A stretch of DNA of 64,000 nucleotides from NCBI GenBank assembly GCA_951406725.2, contig OX597834.1, forward strand, positions 40,300,001-40,364,000. The letters are read 5' to 3'. Below, piece after piece: positions 1-14,999 of the stretch. The notes under the pieces were generated by a model. It was not told the origin of the DNA. It made no database searches and was given only the letters and a program-made list of their open reading frames with translations. Position 1 is the first letter of the stretch. Each line of letters starts with the position of its first letter. Both the position numbers and the translations under genes were made by a program. Source of the stretch: Octopus vulgaris (taxonomy: Eukaryota).

Positions 1-14
1 GGGCTAACGATCCA

Positions 15-65
<51 letters not shown>

Positions 66-149
66 CGTAAAGAGCGGGAAGAAATGTAGCTGAGCATTTT
101 GACCGATATATACTAACAGTTCTACTAATTTGCCCCCTTGGTTTAAAAT

Positions 150-975
150 GTTGGTAGAAGATCAACAATTTCGGTGAAGGGGCTAAGTTGATTACTTCGA
201 CCTCAGTACTTGACTGGTACTTGCTTTATGGACGCCGAAAGGATGATCGTTGGCTTCGGTGACATTTGAACTCAAAACGTGAAGACGAACAAAATGCCCC
301 TCAGCGTTTTGGCCGGAATACTAACGTTTCTTATTTCTTTATTGCCCACAAGGGGCTAAACATAGCGGGGATAAAAACAAGGACAGACAAAGGGATTAAG
401 TCGATTACATCGACCCCCAGTACGTAACTGGTACTTAATTTATCGACCCCGAAAGGATGAAAGGCAAAGTCTACCTCGGCGGAATTTGAACTCAGAACGT
501 AGCGGCAGACGAAATACCTATTTCTTTATTACCCACAAGGGGCTAAACACAGAGGGGACAAACAAGGACAGACAAACGGATTGAGTCGATTATATCGACC
601 CCAGTACGTAACTGGTACTTAATTTATCGACTCCGAAAGGATGAAAGGCAAAGTCGAACTCGGAGGAATTTGAACTCAGAACGTAGCGGCAAACGAAATA
701 CGGCTACGCATTTCGCCCGGCGTGCTAACGTTTCTGCCAGCTCGCCGCCTTACAAATAATAATAATGATAATTCTTTCCAATTATGACACAAGGTAAACA
801 TTTTTGGCAGGAATGGGAAAATCGATTCCCTCACGACCCAGCAGTGCTCAACTGGTACGTGTTTTAGCAACGCCGAAAGATTGAAAGCAAAAGCAAAGCC
901 GACCTCGGCGGAATTTCAACTCAGAACACAAAGACGGGCGAAATACCGCAAAGCATTTCGTCCAGCGCGGTAACA
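150..975 (-). mobile_element. Cluster of tRNA-derived SINE family A: decayed A1 copy, A2 dimer (332-750), second old A1 copy
   Basis: Reverse complement of GGCGGCGAGCTGGCAGAAACGTTAGC...GAGTTCAAATTCC (A/B-box-like head), a GTCGACTTTGCCTTTCATCCTTTCGGGGTCGATAAATTAAGTACCAG core, and a GCCCCTTGTGGGTAATAAAGAAATA tail. More than 20 copies occur in the window. Confidence 0.9.
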
Positions 976-1039
976 TCCGACATATTTTAAATTTTTATTT
1001 ACGCTCAGTGAAGATTAATCACTGTCTTGATTTAGGACA

Positions 1040-1200
1040 CATAGAGAGCGTTTATATGAGAGGGGACACGTCATCGAGGAATACTCGTCCCATTAACCTA
1101 GATAGCGTGTATATCAACGGGGACATGTCATCGAAAACTACTGGCCCCATTAACCCAAACAACATATATATTGTGGGGACACGTCACTGAGGACTACTGG
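1040..1200. repeat. ~60-bp tandem repeat, about 2.7 units
   Basis: GGGGACA(C/T)GTCA recurs at ~1062, 1119 and 1175, with CCCATTAACC in the first two units. Confidence 0.75.
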
Positions 1201-1249
1201 TGTCTAAGGCACTTTATGATCATCATCGTCTTCAGATCTAGCACAATGT

Positions 1250-1750
1250 ACCCGATGGCCTCACGTGTATAAGGGGCCTGTTTCTAAACTATGTACGCCG
1301 TGGCTTACTGTTAGAAAATAGGGCCCAGAGCATTGATTTGCTCAGGAACCTTATTGGTCTAGAGGCCCAAATCTGACCAATGTATGCTTGTTTTCAGTAA
1401 ACTAAAATAAGGCACAGTGCATTGATTTGCCAAGGGGTTTCACGGTCCTAAGGGGTCCAACTGTGATCTATGTATGCTGTGCCTTGCTGACAATAAATAC
1501 TATAGGACCCAGTGACTTAATTGCCCCGTGAGCATTATGGGTCTCGAGGCCCAATTCTTGTATATGTATGCTATGGTATGCTGTCAATAAAATATTATAG
1601 GCCAGAGTACTGATTTGCCCAGAGGCCTGACGGGTCTAGGGGTGCAATTCTGATCTATGTATGCTGTGCCTTGCTGTCAATAAATAAGTAGTGATGCGCC
1701 TCTGATACATTGATTTACTTGGGGGCCAATAAGACTGCTAAGACGGCCTC
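1250..1750 (+). repeat. ~92-bp tandem array (4-5 units) ending in a hAT-MITE-like terminus
   Basis: ATTGATTTGC..GGTCT..TATGTATGCT..AATAAA units recur. The array ends GGGGGCCAATAAGACTGCTAAGACGGCC, resembling non-autonomous hAT ends (inference). Confidence 0.6.
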
Positions 1751-2159
1751 ATCAATATTTACCTTTATAATATCGAACCCAGGAGGATAAAAGGCAAAGC
1801 TGACACCCAAGACGAAGTTGTGTATTCACTGAGCCAATGACTCGTCCCGTTTGTTTCAGAGAGGACATGATTTGAGGGAGACTTAACTGCTGTTCATAAC
1901 ACTGATGAGTATGGGATGTGCCTGCGCGCGTATGAGAGTATTGACTGAGTGTGTGCGTGCACTTATAAGTGTGCGTGCGTACGAGTGTGTTTATAGATAG
2001 ACACACAGACAGATAGATAGATATGTATGAGTGCATATGAGAGTGTGTACGTGAGTATACGCACGTGTCCATTATGAGTGTATGTTGTGTGATGTATAAT
2101 GTATAAGTGCTTGCTCATATGAGTGTGAGAGCAGGTGAACGCACGCGCAGTTGAGTATA

Positions 2160-2193
<34 letters not shown>

Positions 2194-2269
2194 CGTGTGT
2201 ATGAGTGTGTGCACCTGAGTATGCGTGCGCGGTGTGTGAGCATGAGTGCGTGTTGTGTGGTGTGGTGTG

Positions 2270-2830
2270 TGTAATGTATGATGTGTGTAATGTATGATAT
2301 GTATGATGTGTGTGATGTGTGTGTGATGTGTGTGTAATGTGTGTGATGTGTGTGATGTGTGTGTAATGTGTGTGTAATGTGTGATATGTGTGTAATGTGT
2401 GATGTGTGTGTAATGTGTGATGTGTGTGTAATGTGTGATGTGTGTGTAATGTGTGATGTGTGTGATGTGTGTGATGTGTGTGAGGTGTGTGAGGTGTGTG
2501 TGATGTGTGTGTAATGTGTGATGTGTGTGTAATGTGTGATGTTTGTGTAATGTGTGATGTGTGTGTGATGTTTGTGTAATGTGTGATGTGTGTGTAATGT
2601 GTGATGTGTGTGTAATGTGTGTGATGTGTGTGTAATGTGTGATATGTGTGTAATGTGTGATGTGTGTGTAATGTGTGATGTGTGTGTAATGTGTGATGTG
2701 TGTGTAATGTGTGATGTGTGTGTAATGTGTGATGTTTGTGTAATGTGTGATGTTTGTGTAATGTGTGATGTGTGTGTAATGTGTGATGTGCGTGTAATGT
2801 GTGATATGCGTGTTGTGTGCGTGTGATGTG
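2270..2830. repeat. 18-bp minisatellite (GTGTGTGTAATGTGTGAT)n
   Basis: Directly visible; it produces the spurious THITHY ORF. Confidence 0.95.
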
Positions 2831-3499
2831 TTGTACTTGTAATGTGTGTGTTGTGATTTATTTTGCGTGTTTGTGTGTTCGAGAGAGAGTGTGCGTTTGT
2901 GTGTGTATGCGCGTGGGTATGAGTATGAGCGAACGGGAGTGAATGCAGATGAGTGAGTGTATGTGTATATATATGTGAGCATGTGTATAATGTGTGAGTA
3001 TGTAATATTAAGATTTCGCGGTGTCACCCAGTTAGCAAATCAATAGCAAAAACGCCGTCATACGAAGCGACAATATACTTATGAAGTTATTTATAACAGC
3101 TTAGAGTTTAATTAGAAGAGACTAACAACACATTTTTGTATTTCTGGGTCAAAACCAAAGAGAGGGAGAGAGAGAGAGAGGAAGGTAGAGAGAGGGAGGG
3201 AGGGAGAGCGTGGAGGAGGGAAGAGATGGGGGAGGAGGGTGAATTGCATGAGTGAATGTGTTGAGGTTTTTAAGCGGAGATACAATCGCCTGAGAAGGGT
3301 CAGAGACACAGTGACATCTACTTACGTCATCAAAGGATGGGATCAAACCGAATAAGCATAGAGAGGGCAGATGTGTGTGTGTGACATATACACACACACA
3401 TGCACACGCTCATATACAGGCATACATATATACACACACACGCACTTGCATATATATACACACACTTACATATACACACGTGCTTACATACACACGCGC

Positions 3500-3513
3500 T
3501 CACACACATATAC

Positions 3514-3544
<31 letters not shown>

Positions 3545-3605
3545 GTATTATATATATATATCCATATATATATATACATATCTCCATATATACATACATA
3601 TCTCC

Positions 3606-3637
<32 letters not shown>

Positions 3638-3689
3638 CCATATATATATATACATATCTCCATATATACATACATATCTCCATATATAT

Positions 3690-3721
<32 letters not shown>

Positions 3722-3783
3722 CCATATATATATACATATCTCCATATATACATACATACATACATATATATATATCCATATAT

Positions 3784-3817
<34 letters not shown>

Positions 3818-3854
3818 CCATATAATATATATATATACATATCTCCATATATAC

Positions 3855-3888
<34 letters not shown>

Positions 3889-3933
3889 CTCCATATATAT
3901 ATATATATCCATATCTCCATATACATATATATC

Positions 3934-3965
<32 letters not shown>

Positions 3966-4199
3966 TATAATTATATACATATATATATATATACATATCT
4001 CCATATACATATATACATATCTCCATATACATATATACATATCTCCATATACATATATATATTATATACATATATCTCCATATACATATATATCCATATA
4101 TATATCTCCATATACATATATATATATCTCCATATACATATATATATATCTCATAATATATATATCTCCATATACATATATCTCCATATATATATCTCC

Positions 4200-4251
<52 letters not shown>

Positions 4252-4311
4252 ATATACATATATATATATCTCCATATACATATATATATATATCCATATA
4301 TATATATATAT

Positions 4312-4345
<34 letters not shown>
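3500..4345. repeat. (TA)n-derived minisatellite with ATCTCCATATACAT units
   Basis: Directly visible. Confidence 0.95.
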
Positions 4346-4347
<2 letters not shown>

Positions 4348-4800
4348 CATTCATTTGTAAAGAAACAATGTTGTCACAGCCCCACAAACTGTATTTAACT
4401 ATATTTTGATATTCATAAAACAATAAACATGTGTTGAATACGTAATAAACGAGTGAAAACTATGCGTGTGAAACAAGTAGCATTACGACTGAAGGGGGGG
4501 GAGCGAAGTTGAAGGTCTGTGATGAGTGCGACGGTAGAGGTGGCGATGGTGGTCGTATGCTGACTAACAGGTAATGATGAACAGGGAAGAAGAGGGCCTT
4601 AACTCTGCCCCCCAACGCCGTCTCTACATAAAATATGTTACTATCGTCGCCATACTGATCTCAGTGTTGTATAAGCAAACGAGAAGAAAGACGAACGGAC
4701 CGAAGTGGGAAGGTTCTTGATGGTAAATAGACATGCTAGAAATAGCAACAAAATATCCCCCAAATTACCTCGTAACGTCTTGAACATTTTGGATAACAAA

Positions 4801-5010
4801 AAGCGTTAGCACGCCGGGCGAAATGCGTAGCCGTATTTCGTCTGCCGTTACGTTCTGAGTTCAAACTCCGCCGAGGTCGACTTGGCCTTTCATTCTTTCG
4901 AGGTCGATAAATTAAGTACCAGTTACGCACTGGGGTCGATATAATCGACTTAATTCGTGTCTGTCCTTGTTTGTCCCCTCTGTGTTTAGCCCCTTGTGAG
5001 TAAAGAAATA
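4801..5010 (+). mobile_element. SINE A2 copy, slightly 5'-truncated
   Basis: Family core plus AAAGAAATA tail. Confidence 0.9.
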
Positions 5011-5655
5011 GATATTCAACCGGAAGTGGTCGTGGCTGGATTGCTTTTTATTATATGTCTACTCAATCAGACCTGATAGACAAGATGATGGAGGGGGAAT
5101 CATAAGGTCCTTTACCGGCAGATATTAGGAATCAAGATGGATTATGATGCAGTTTAGAGTTTTAAAAAAATGAAAGTATATAAACCGGAAGTGACGACAA
5201 TAAAATCCGATAATGTAAACAATCTATGTAATATAACCAAACGATACGAGTGGGTGCGGCTGTTTGGACGCTGAGGTTTTGGCACGGCCGACTGGACATT
5301 CAATCTGTCTGTGTTACAGTACTTTTTTTTACTCTAGAGGCAAACACACATTGCATTCACCATCGCACCACTCCACACACACACTAGCATGACCACTTCC
5401 CAGCACCTACACCACCATCTGCGCACACACACACACACACACATCCACATATCAAGATCACTAGCCCCTATCCACACGCACACTTACACACTCTCACATA
5501 CACACACGCGTACCTTCGTTTTGGGATCATCAATACTTTATTATCTGCCCTTCTTCCTAGCTCTCCTGTCCAGCTACCTTTTTCCATCCAGTCGCCATGA
5601 ATGATCGCTAAATCCACGAGTTTTTTTTTTATTCTCTCTGTTTCAAACAAGCAAA

Positions 5656-5718
<63 letters not shown>

Positions 5719-5721
<3 letters not shown>

Positions 5722-6110
5722 TTTCTGTTTATTTCCTCGTGTTACTCTCTGCTGGAGAGCGTAGGCTCGAAACGTAAAAAGACTTTCTCACTTTCCCAAG
5801 AGTCAAACTAATACACCTGCTTGTTTATACACCTGTCTTCGTCTTTCTTTTTCTGTAAATTTCAACTATATATATATATACAGTCAATTCAATGAACAAA
5901 AAATTCAAAAACAAATAAAAAACGAATAGAGAGAGAGAAAAATGAAAAAAAATGAACGTGGGGACGTGCGCAAGAATTATATTAGTTTGACACTCGTTGA
6001 TAGGAGAGAGTTCATAACGTTACGAGCATGGCTCTTTGTCGGAAAGGAGAAAGGGAAAAGTCCATGAAACAAGGAAAACCATCAACCGTCCACGTGTGGT
6101 TACATTTCTG
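5719..6110. mobile_element. Two Penelope pLTR-like mini-elements tail-to-tail around a (TA)n tract (5719-5866 +, 5882-6110 -)
   Basis: GAGAGCGTAGGCTCGAAACGT on + and a degenerate AAGAGCCATGCTCGTAACGTT on -. Both 3' ends abut TA repeats. Confidence 0.6.
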
Positions 6111-6171
6111 TGTGTGTGTGTGTGTAAAATAGAGCTCGAAATATGAGTATGCGTATATTTTTGTTAATATT

Positions 6172-6270
6172 TAGCAGAAGTAACAGAGTGACTCGAGGGC
6201 TGAGAGTTTCGTGTGTTCATAAGTGCCAACGCACGAAACTCTCGGCCCTTGAGTCACAGTTGCGTTTGCT
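6172..6270. mobile_element. Foldback element, ~45-bp arms
   Basis: GTGACTCGAGGGCTGAGAGTTTCGTGTGTT pairs with AACGCACGAAACTCTCGGCCCTTGAGTCAC. Related to 8950-9090. Confidence 0.8.
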
Positions 6271-6698
6271 ACACACACACACACACAAATGGAGAGTAAG
6301 GGGAAGAGAACGATATATTACAATGTATTAGTTGAATACGACTGATAAATACATACCCAAAGAGAAAGGCTTACAAAGAAGATGTGGATAAGGAGAGAGG
6401 GGGAGAGAAGGAGACAGAGAAAGAGAGACATTACACACAACCTAGATTCTCAGAATGAGAGAGAGAGAAACAGGGAGGGAGAGAGAGAGAGAGAACAACA
6501 TTAATATGTCTTACGTCAGCGTCGAATCAACGACGCCAAAACGTCTCATCCGTCCAATATACGTAACCAAAGATCATTAATTGACAGAAACGACGACGCC
6601 ACTTCCCGTCGGTTCTTTCTGTATAGCTCTCAGCTCATCAGTCGTTCAGGATTATTGCATTGTTCACATGTAACTGTAGTGGCTATCATGCATCGACT

Positions 6699-7057
6699 AG
6701 GAAGCACTCCGTCGATTACGACGATGAGGGTTCCGGTTGATCCGAATCAACGGAACAGCCTGCTCGTGAAATTAACGTCGAAGTGGCTGAGCACTCCACA
6801 GACACGTGTACCCTTAACGTAGTTCTCGGGGACACAGAGAGTGACAAAGCCGGCCCTTTGAAATACAGGTACAACAGAAACAGGAAGTAAGAATGAGAGA
6901 AAGTTGTGGTGAAAGAGTACAGCAGGGATCACCACCATCCCCTGCCGGAACCTCGTGGAGCTTTTAGGTGTTTTCGCTCAATAAACACTCGCAACGCCCG
7001 GTCTGGGAATCGAAACCGCGAGTCCGCTGCCCTAACCACAGGGCCATTGCGCCTCCT
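6699..7057 (-). mobile_element. tRNA-derived SINE family C (head H2 + tail T1; probably octopus OR1/OR2-like)
   Basis: tRNA-like head GGCGCAATGGCC..GTGGTTAGGG..GGTTTCGATTCCC. 11-bp TSD ATGCATCGACT at 6688-6698 and 7058-7068. Confidence 0.85.
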
Positions 7058-7364
7058 ATGCATCGACTGCAAAGCCAGTGAATTGCCTTCCTAGGGAAGT
7101 TGCAGAGTATAAGTACATTGGAGTAGTGTAACTCAGCAGCTGTCTCCGAAATACTTAAAATATCTCTAGAACGTACTACACAAAGGCACCTGTGTACGAA
7201 GCATAATGAGGGAGTTATGTCAATAAAATTTAAGGGATTTTACCAGCTCTTTTTAGGTTACGTTTATGGATTTGTTTTGCAAGATTCTTGATGTGAAATC
7301 GTGTGTTGAAACAGATATTGTTATATTTCTGAACGGTCATTTTTTTTCTTCTTGTCAAATACTC

Positions 7365-7732
7365 TTTTACTTGTTTCAGTCATTTGACTGCGGCCATGCT
7401 GGAGCACCGCCTTTAGTCGAGCAAATCGACCCCAGGACTTATTCTTTGTAAGCCTAATCTATCGGTCTCTTATGCTGAACCGCTAAGTTACGGGGACGTA
7501 AACACACCAGCATCGCTTGGTGGGGGGACAAACACAGTCATACAAACACACACATGTATATATACATATGCATATATACGACGGGCTTCTTTCAGTTTCC
7601 GTCTACCAAATCCACTCACACGGCTTTGGTCAGTCCGAGGCTATAGAAGAAGACACTTGCTCAAGATGCCACGCAGTGGGACTGAACCCGGAACCATGTG
7701 GTTGGTAAGCAAGCTACTTACCACACAGCCAC
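7365..7732 (-). mobile_element. SINE family B (tRNA head, CORE-like segment, internal microsatellite)
   Basis: Matches the full copies at 24058-24488 and 37843-38250. Confidence 0.9.
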
Positions 7733-8505
7733 ACACTATACATTCGCCCTCCACTCGTTTATCATCGTTCTTATTTTATCTTATGTCCATTGTCAGGAAA
7801 TCTTTCCTCACATATCTGTCACCTCTTCTCACAGTCGAATACCATTGACACAGGGGCCTGATAGTGGTTCCACGTCCGCCTTTACCGTCCTCAGTTGTCC
7901 CCCAGCTGAACGAGGAAGCTTCAATATCGACAATCGACCTGCTAGAAATAATAATCAATCCACCCAAATTTAACCGTCTAGAAACCACTTATTAGATCAT
8001 ACAGTCGGAGATAAGATATGTCTGGAAATACGAGATGGTCACGGTTAGAACGTTTTGACTATAAATCTGCTTAATCAGGGTTGACGTGGGTCTTTCAACA
8101 ACGACAGAAAAAAAAAGAACGTCAGTGAACAAGGATATAAACGAAAATCTTGAGACTGGAATACCACATAACCTAGAGAGTGGTAACTAAGAGATTCCAG
8201 GATAGTGAAACTGTGAATTTGCGTCTCTTGTGAACCCAAGAAATCTTAAGACTGAGGTTGAACCCGGTTCCCATAGCATATGAATGACAGATTACAATAC
8301 TCCCTACTGGATAGGATGCTAGTCCATTACAGAGTTAACTTCCCAACTATTACTAGAAGAATTTTCAGCTGAGTGAACTAGCGCATGAAATGTCTTGCCC
8401 GAGACAGACGGGGTGAGAGAGAGAGGTACTTAAGGTGAAACAAACAGAAAAATAGAACTCAAAAGATGATTATATGCATACATATATATATATATATATG
8501 CATAC

Positions 8506-8560
<55 letters not shown>

Positions 8561-8659
8561 TTCAGCAAAATTTAGAGCCAACAGAATTTGATATGGTATT
8601 ATCCATATAAATCAAATGGAGTGATTATAATCAAAATAAGCAACAAGGATACATATATG

Positions 8660-8881
8660 CATTCCAAAATGTAACTAGACGGGGACTGTTAGCGATTTTT
8701 TTCCCTCCTCCTTCCTTTTCTTTCGGACTTTCCAATGTCTCCTGTTTCCGAAGAAGAGCTATGCTCGAAACATAAACCAACCACTCTTTCTTTCCTTCTC
8801 TGAGCATCTTATTAATACTTTGCACGTACCACGTCCTCGCCTTGTTTGTTTCTTGTCTTTTTTCTCAGTTCTTTTTAATTA

Positions 8882-8885
<4 letters not shown>
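8660..8885 (+). mobile_element. Penelope pLTR-like mini-element with degenerate hammerhead
   Basis: CCGAAGA-A-GAGC-TAT-GCTC-GAAAC at 8748-8771; the element ends in (TA)n. Confidence 0.6.
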
Positions 8886-8949
<64 letters not shown>

Positions 8950-8954
<5 letters not shown>

Positions 8955-9090
8955 TCAGCAGACATTACAGAATGATTCAAAGGCCGGCATTTTTGTGCGT
9001 TGACACTTAATCAAACTTTGTGTTTGATTTAGTGCCAATGCACGAAACCCTCGGCGTTTGAGTCACTCTGTAACTTATACTTGATTAATA
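8950..9090. mobile_element. Foldback element, ~67-bp arms
   Basis: ATTAATCAG..TTACAGAATGATTCAAAGGCCG..TAATCAAAC / GTTTGATTTAGTGCCAATGCACGAAA..GAGTCACTCTGTAAC..TGATTAAT. Confidence 0.75.
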
Positions 9091-9096
9091 AAGTAT

Positions 9097-9129
<33 letters not shown>

Positions 9130-9237
9130 GCATATATCGTACATACGCGTGCATACAACCCCTCACTACCCCTGCCATCTGTCGACAGCTGCAAGTGTCA
9201 AATCACAGAATAAGCATTGTGTGTGCATTATGTATGC

Positions 9238-9282
<45 letters not shown>

Positions 9283-9485
9283 AGAGAGTGTGAATGTGTA
9301 ATAGGCGAGTGGATTTGTGTGTATGTATGCTGTATGCGTGTATGTGTATGTGTGTGTAGTGAGTCTCCGTCGGTTTTTTTTTTCTTTCAACAACGAGTAT
9401 TCCGGTTGTTCGATCAACAGAACCTGCTTATTGACTGGTGTATATTGAAAAGGCTAAGTATTTCACAAACATACATTTATTGCGC

Positions 9486-9522
<37 letters not shown>

Positions 9523-10315
9523 CGACGTTGCTTGAGTGTGTGCCGTCCGAGGCAGCCCTTGAAGCTGCCGCCCCCCCCCCATTTCCACATACAGCTATCT
9601 TTAACATGATCTTCAATTAGAAGTAGGCACAATCCAACTGGAAGGTTTCCACACAGTTTCCATCTATCGAATTTCAATCACATGGCTTTGCATCAATGCC
9701 TGCAGTAAAAGACTAAGATATCAAGATACTTATACGGTGGAATCACACACCCAAGATCGCCAGATGGTGAAACTAACACCTTTACCATCGGCTATGCCTA
9801 CACATACATAGACCCATGCATGCCTACATAAATAGGATAATTACGGATAACTTTGAAAAATTCAGCTTCTAAATTCATATTTGTACCAATAGTAATTGGT
9901 GCAATTTGTGTTGTGTAAACGCTTGAGTAGCAATCCGGATAACCTACGGTTTTCAGAGAAAAAAGTCAAACACTTAAGTAGTACATTATAAATACCATTT
10001 GTAAGCGGAACAATAAAAATATACAAGACTTTTTTCAAGTTTGGGATCTTTGTATCTTTGTTAGGAACCAGCTTCTTCCTCACGGGAAGAATTCAAATAA
10101 TTAAAATCAGAAGAAAACGTACGTACATACATACATACATACATACATACATACAAACATCCGTATCTATAAGCATGCATACATGCACATGCGCGCACAT
10201 ACACACACACACACAGTGTATTCCAAGAAAGATACGAAAGTACGAGTTTATGAAAATAATGCGAGCATTGGATGCGGTAGAAGGTTAAAGGGGAAAGAAC
10301 GAGGAAGATAGAATG

Positions 10316-10382
<67 letters not shown>

Positions 10383-10821
10383 GGGGAGAGAAAGAGAGAG
10401 AGAGAGAGAGAGAAAATCAAGGAGAAATAGAGAGAGAGAGAGCGAAGGAGTGAAAAAAGAGTGAAAGGAATAAGGGACAGGAATAAGGGAATAAGAGAGT
10501 GAGGCGCGAAAAGTGATGAGGGGAGAAGTGGGAGAAAAGGGGACAATGTGTAATTCAGGTAGATAAAGGGCGGGAGGAATGAGTAGGAGGAAGGAAAGAT
10601 GGATAACAGCGGGTAAAAAAAAAACAAAAAACAAACAGGGGTCCAAACGGATAAACAGGAAGATACAGGTTTGGTGATGTTTTCTGGGTGCTCATGAACG
10701 AAACTTTCATCCCTTGAGTCACCCTGTCTCACCTGAATACTGTGATATTTCTGCTGCTTTTAAATAAAGCATATTACTCTACCTCTGGTATTTGAGTACT
10801 CTTTTTTCCACCTTGTTTCAC

Positions 10822-10863
<42 letters not shown>

Positions 10864-10868
10864 GTATG

Positions 10869-10908
<40 letters not shown>

Positions 10909-10964
10909 TGATTGATTGATTGATTCTAGTTTCAGCTCATGAGCTGTGGCCATGCTGGGGCACC

Positions 10965-11190
10965 AAGGATAAGATCGTTAATTTAATTATCGATCTTATC
11001 AGGTGGCCAGCATGGAAATGAAAACCTTCAAAAGGTAGTAATTATTATCAAAATTATAATTTAGGGTATCTAAGAGATACCTCCACGCTGGAAATAGCAG
11101 CCAAAACTTGACTCTAGTGGTTTTAGAGTCAAGTTTTGGCTGCTGTTTCCAGCGTGGAGGTATGTCTTAGATACCCCAAATTATAATTTT
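10965..11190. mobile_element. Palindrome-bearing element: 67-bp arms at 11050-11116 and 11124-11190, 7-bp spacer
   Basis: The arms are reverse complements with 3 mismatches. A second, collapsed copy lies at 16246-16375. Confidence 0.9.
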
Positions 11191-11362
11191 ATATACACAC
11201 ACCTCTTAACACATTTATATACGTATATATATACACATATATAAATATATACAAACACATATATATACATATATACACACACACATATACATATATACAC
11301 ACACACATATACATATATACACACACACATATACATATATACACACACACATATACATATAT

Positions 11363-11395
<33 letters not shown>

Positions 11396-12213
11396 CACAT
11401 ATATATACACACATATATATATATACATACACACATATATACACACATATATATATATATACACACATATATACACACATATATATATATATACATATAT
11501 ACATACACATATATATACACATATACATACCTATCTATCTATACACACACACACAGAGCGAGAGAGATCTGTTGATTCACCAGAAGCGATAACTTACAGA
11601 ACTAAATACAAGTGCAGAGTATTCTTTGATATAACCGAAAGCCCCTCCATCCCTCCCCCTCCACCGCTATATTCTGTACCCCGAGTAATTCCTTCCCGAT
11701 CATCAGTTGGTACCACAAAAGAACAGAAGCGCTTTTTTCTTCATTTCATATTTCAAAAAAAGGAAAACAAATGAAACAGTGAACAGTTCAGAAGAAAAGC
11801 AGACTCGGGTTTACCAGCTGATGGTGACGAGTAACTCCTAGTATTGGGAAAAAAGGAACCTTTCGGTTATATATATAAAGATATATAGTTAGAGAGAGAT
11901 TGATAGATCGAGAGAGAAATAAGGAAGGCCGTGGTTAAGGTGGAAGAATAGAAATGAAAGGGAGAAAGGGATAACTGTAGAGAGAGAAAGATAGATAGAT
12001 AAAGAGAGATGAAGAGAGATGAGGAAGGAGAGCAATGAAAGTGAGAAGGAAAGAGCAAGGAGATATGGCTATACACAGAAAGATAAGCAGATAAATCGAA
12101 AGATAGAGAGAGATAAAGAAATAGGAAGGAAGGTTAGAGAACGGATAGAAATGAATGAAATTCAATAAGAGACAGACGGAAGAGAATATTCCATTTGCGT
12201 ATATACACATTAC

Positions 12214-12245
<32 letters not shown>

Positions 12246-12645
12246 ATGTAATGGATATGTGGTGCAAGAGATCATTGCGGAAAGGAAATACAATAAGATA
12301 AGCGTGTACACGTGTGTTTACTTTCTCTACCATTCACTACCGGACGATTTTGAAGTAATGTTCTCATTAAATATCCAGGTAGAAACATTTCCTACACTTA
12401 TATACGCACATATACACACTATTACGTTGCGTATACAGCTCCGGATAGGCGAAAACGGGCGTTACACCTGTATGTATGTATGTATGTATGTGTGTGTGTG
12501 CATATACGAGTGTATATATTTTGAGGATACGTATATATAGCTTGTAAAAAGGTAATTCACACATTAAATACACACTTATAGAGGTAGTTCGATGTGTGAG
12601 TTTGTGTGCACACACTTGTATGAATAGATGAATGAATGAAATTAC

Positions 12646-12676
<31 letters not shown>

Positions 12677-13071
12677 AATACGTGCAAACAGATGAATGAA
12701 ATTCTGTGTGCGTTTCAAACACCTGTATGAATGAACATATGTGCAAACACATAGACACACACATATGAACGTATGTATAGGTATATTATATATAATATGC
12801 ACATATGTTTATCAATGAGCATGCACACATCTATACACGTAAATTTCACATGAACACACACATATATATATATATGTAGATATATATATAGACATAAATA
12901 CAGATTATATGCATATATTACGTGAATGCATATATATCCGTGCATTTTATATGAATGCATACACAAACATATTTTATATCAATACATATATACACATCTA
13001 TATACATACACATCGATGTATATTCATGTGTGTATATATACATATGGTTATATATATAAACATATGGGTGG

Positions 13072-13116
<45 letters not shown>

Positions 13117-13890
13117 CACACGCATATATATATATATATATATGTAGATAGTTACACATACATACATATATATATATATATATGTAGATAGTTACACATA
13201 CATACACACATGCGGGTGTATATAGGTAAAGGTATTAATATTTAGATGTTTATATTTATATAGGTAATATATGTATGTATACATTATATGCATGTATATA
13301 TATATATATATCTTATGTTTACATATGTGTGTATATGCACATACTTATAAACATATGCACACTCACACGCGCATATAAAAATACCAACATGCATATGCAT
13401 ACGCATATATGTGCGTGTATATATATATATATATATATATATAAATATTTGTGCATGCAACAGGTGTGAATATATTTAGTATATATATATATATATATAC
13501 ATATTATATACCAATATATATATATGTATATATACACATATATACAGACTTACATAAGTAGACATAAGGCAGTAATACAACTGAACACACATATGCTTGT
13601 TAATATGATAGACAGATAGAAATAGAAAAGATGAGGGTGAGAGAGAGAGAGAGAGAGAGAGGGAAAGAGAGGCGGTAGATCGTAAATTTGTTTGTGTGAA
13701 GAATAAAAAAGGGGGGAGGGGGGGATCGAAGAGAGAAAGATGAAAAAACAAAATGAACGTGGAAGAAAAAAGTAAAGGACGAATAGCTGTCGGTATGTTG
13801 TAATATCAGAGATAATATGTAGCAAGGTGGGGCCATATATTTACACACACCTATACACACACTCACACATATCTATCTCTCTCTATATAT

Positions 13891-13961
<71 letters not shown>

Positions 13962-13985
13962 CACACACTTACATACACACACTCA

Positions 13986-14027
<42 letters not shown>

Positions 14028-14999
14028 CATATATATATATACACATATTTGTACACATCTATATATACACACACCGATATACATACTGATCTAGTTATAT
14101 ATATAATATATATACACATATATATATATATACACATATATATATATATACACACATATTTGTACACATCTATATATACACACACCGATATACATACTGA
14201 TCTAGTTATATATATAATATATATACACACATATACCCATATACATACCTATCTATACACACACACAGACATCTATATATACACATATACACATCTATAT
14301 ATACACACACATATACACATTTATATACATATATATATACACATACATATATATACACATATACACATACATATATATACACATATACACACACATATAT
14401 ATATATACACATATATACACACATATATATACACATATACACACATATATATACACATATATACACACATATATATATACACATATATACACACATATAT
14501 ATATACACATATACACACACATATATATATACACATATACACACACATATATATATACACATATACACACATATATATATACATATATACACACATATAT
14601 GCATATATATATACATATATATATACACATATACATATACATATACATATCTATCTATTTATACACACACATATTTACATACATATATACACTCAAGCAT
14701 ACACACACATTAGAACACATGTCCATATGCACACGTGTGTGTGTACATATATGTATGATTGCTCTCTCGCTCTTTATATATATATAAATATATATATATA
14801 TTCCAAGTTTTATATATAATATATATATATAATCCCAGTTAATTATTCCAAGTTTAATTATTTAAAAAGGCGAGACAAAACTGAAAATGTAAAAGCAACA
14901 ACGCGCGAGAAAGACACACAAACACTTTATTTTGTTATGAATAGAAAAGAAAATATATTTTAAAAATTAAAAGACCACTAAAATACTATTTCAACTTAC

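Noticed and set aside
1963-4350. Long ORFs such as the 354-aa THITHY and 288-aa YI-rich frames, and similar ORFs across the window
   Set aside because: They are translations of micro- and minisatellites, open in several frames on both strands.
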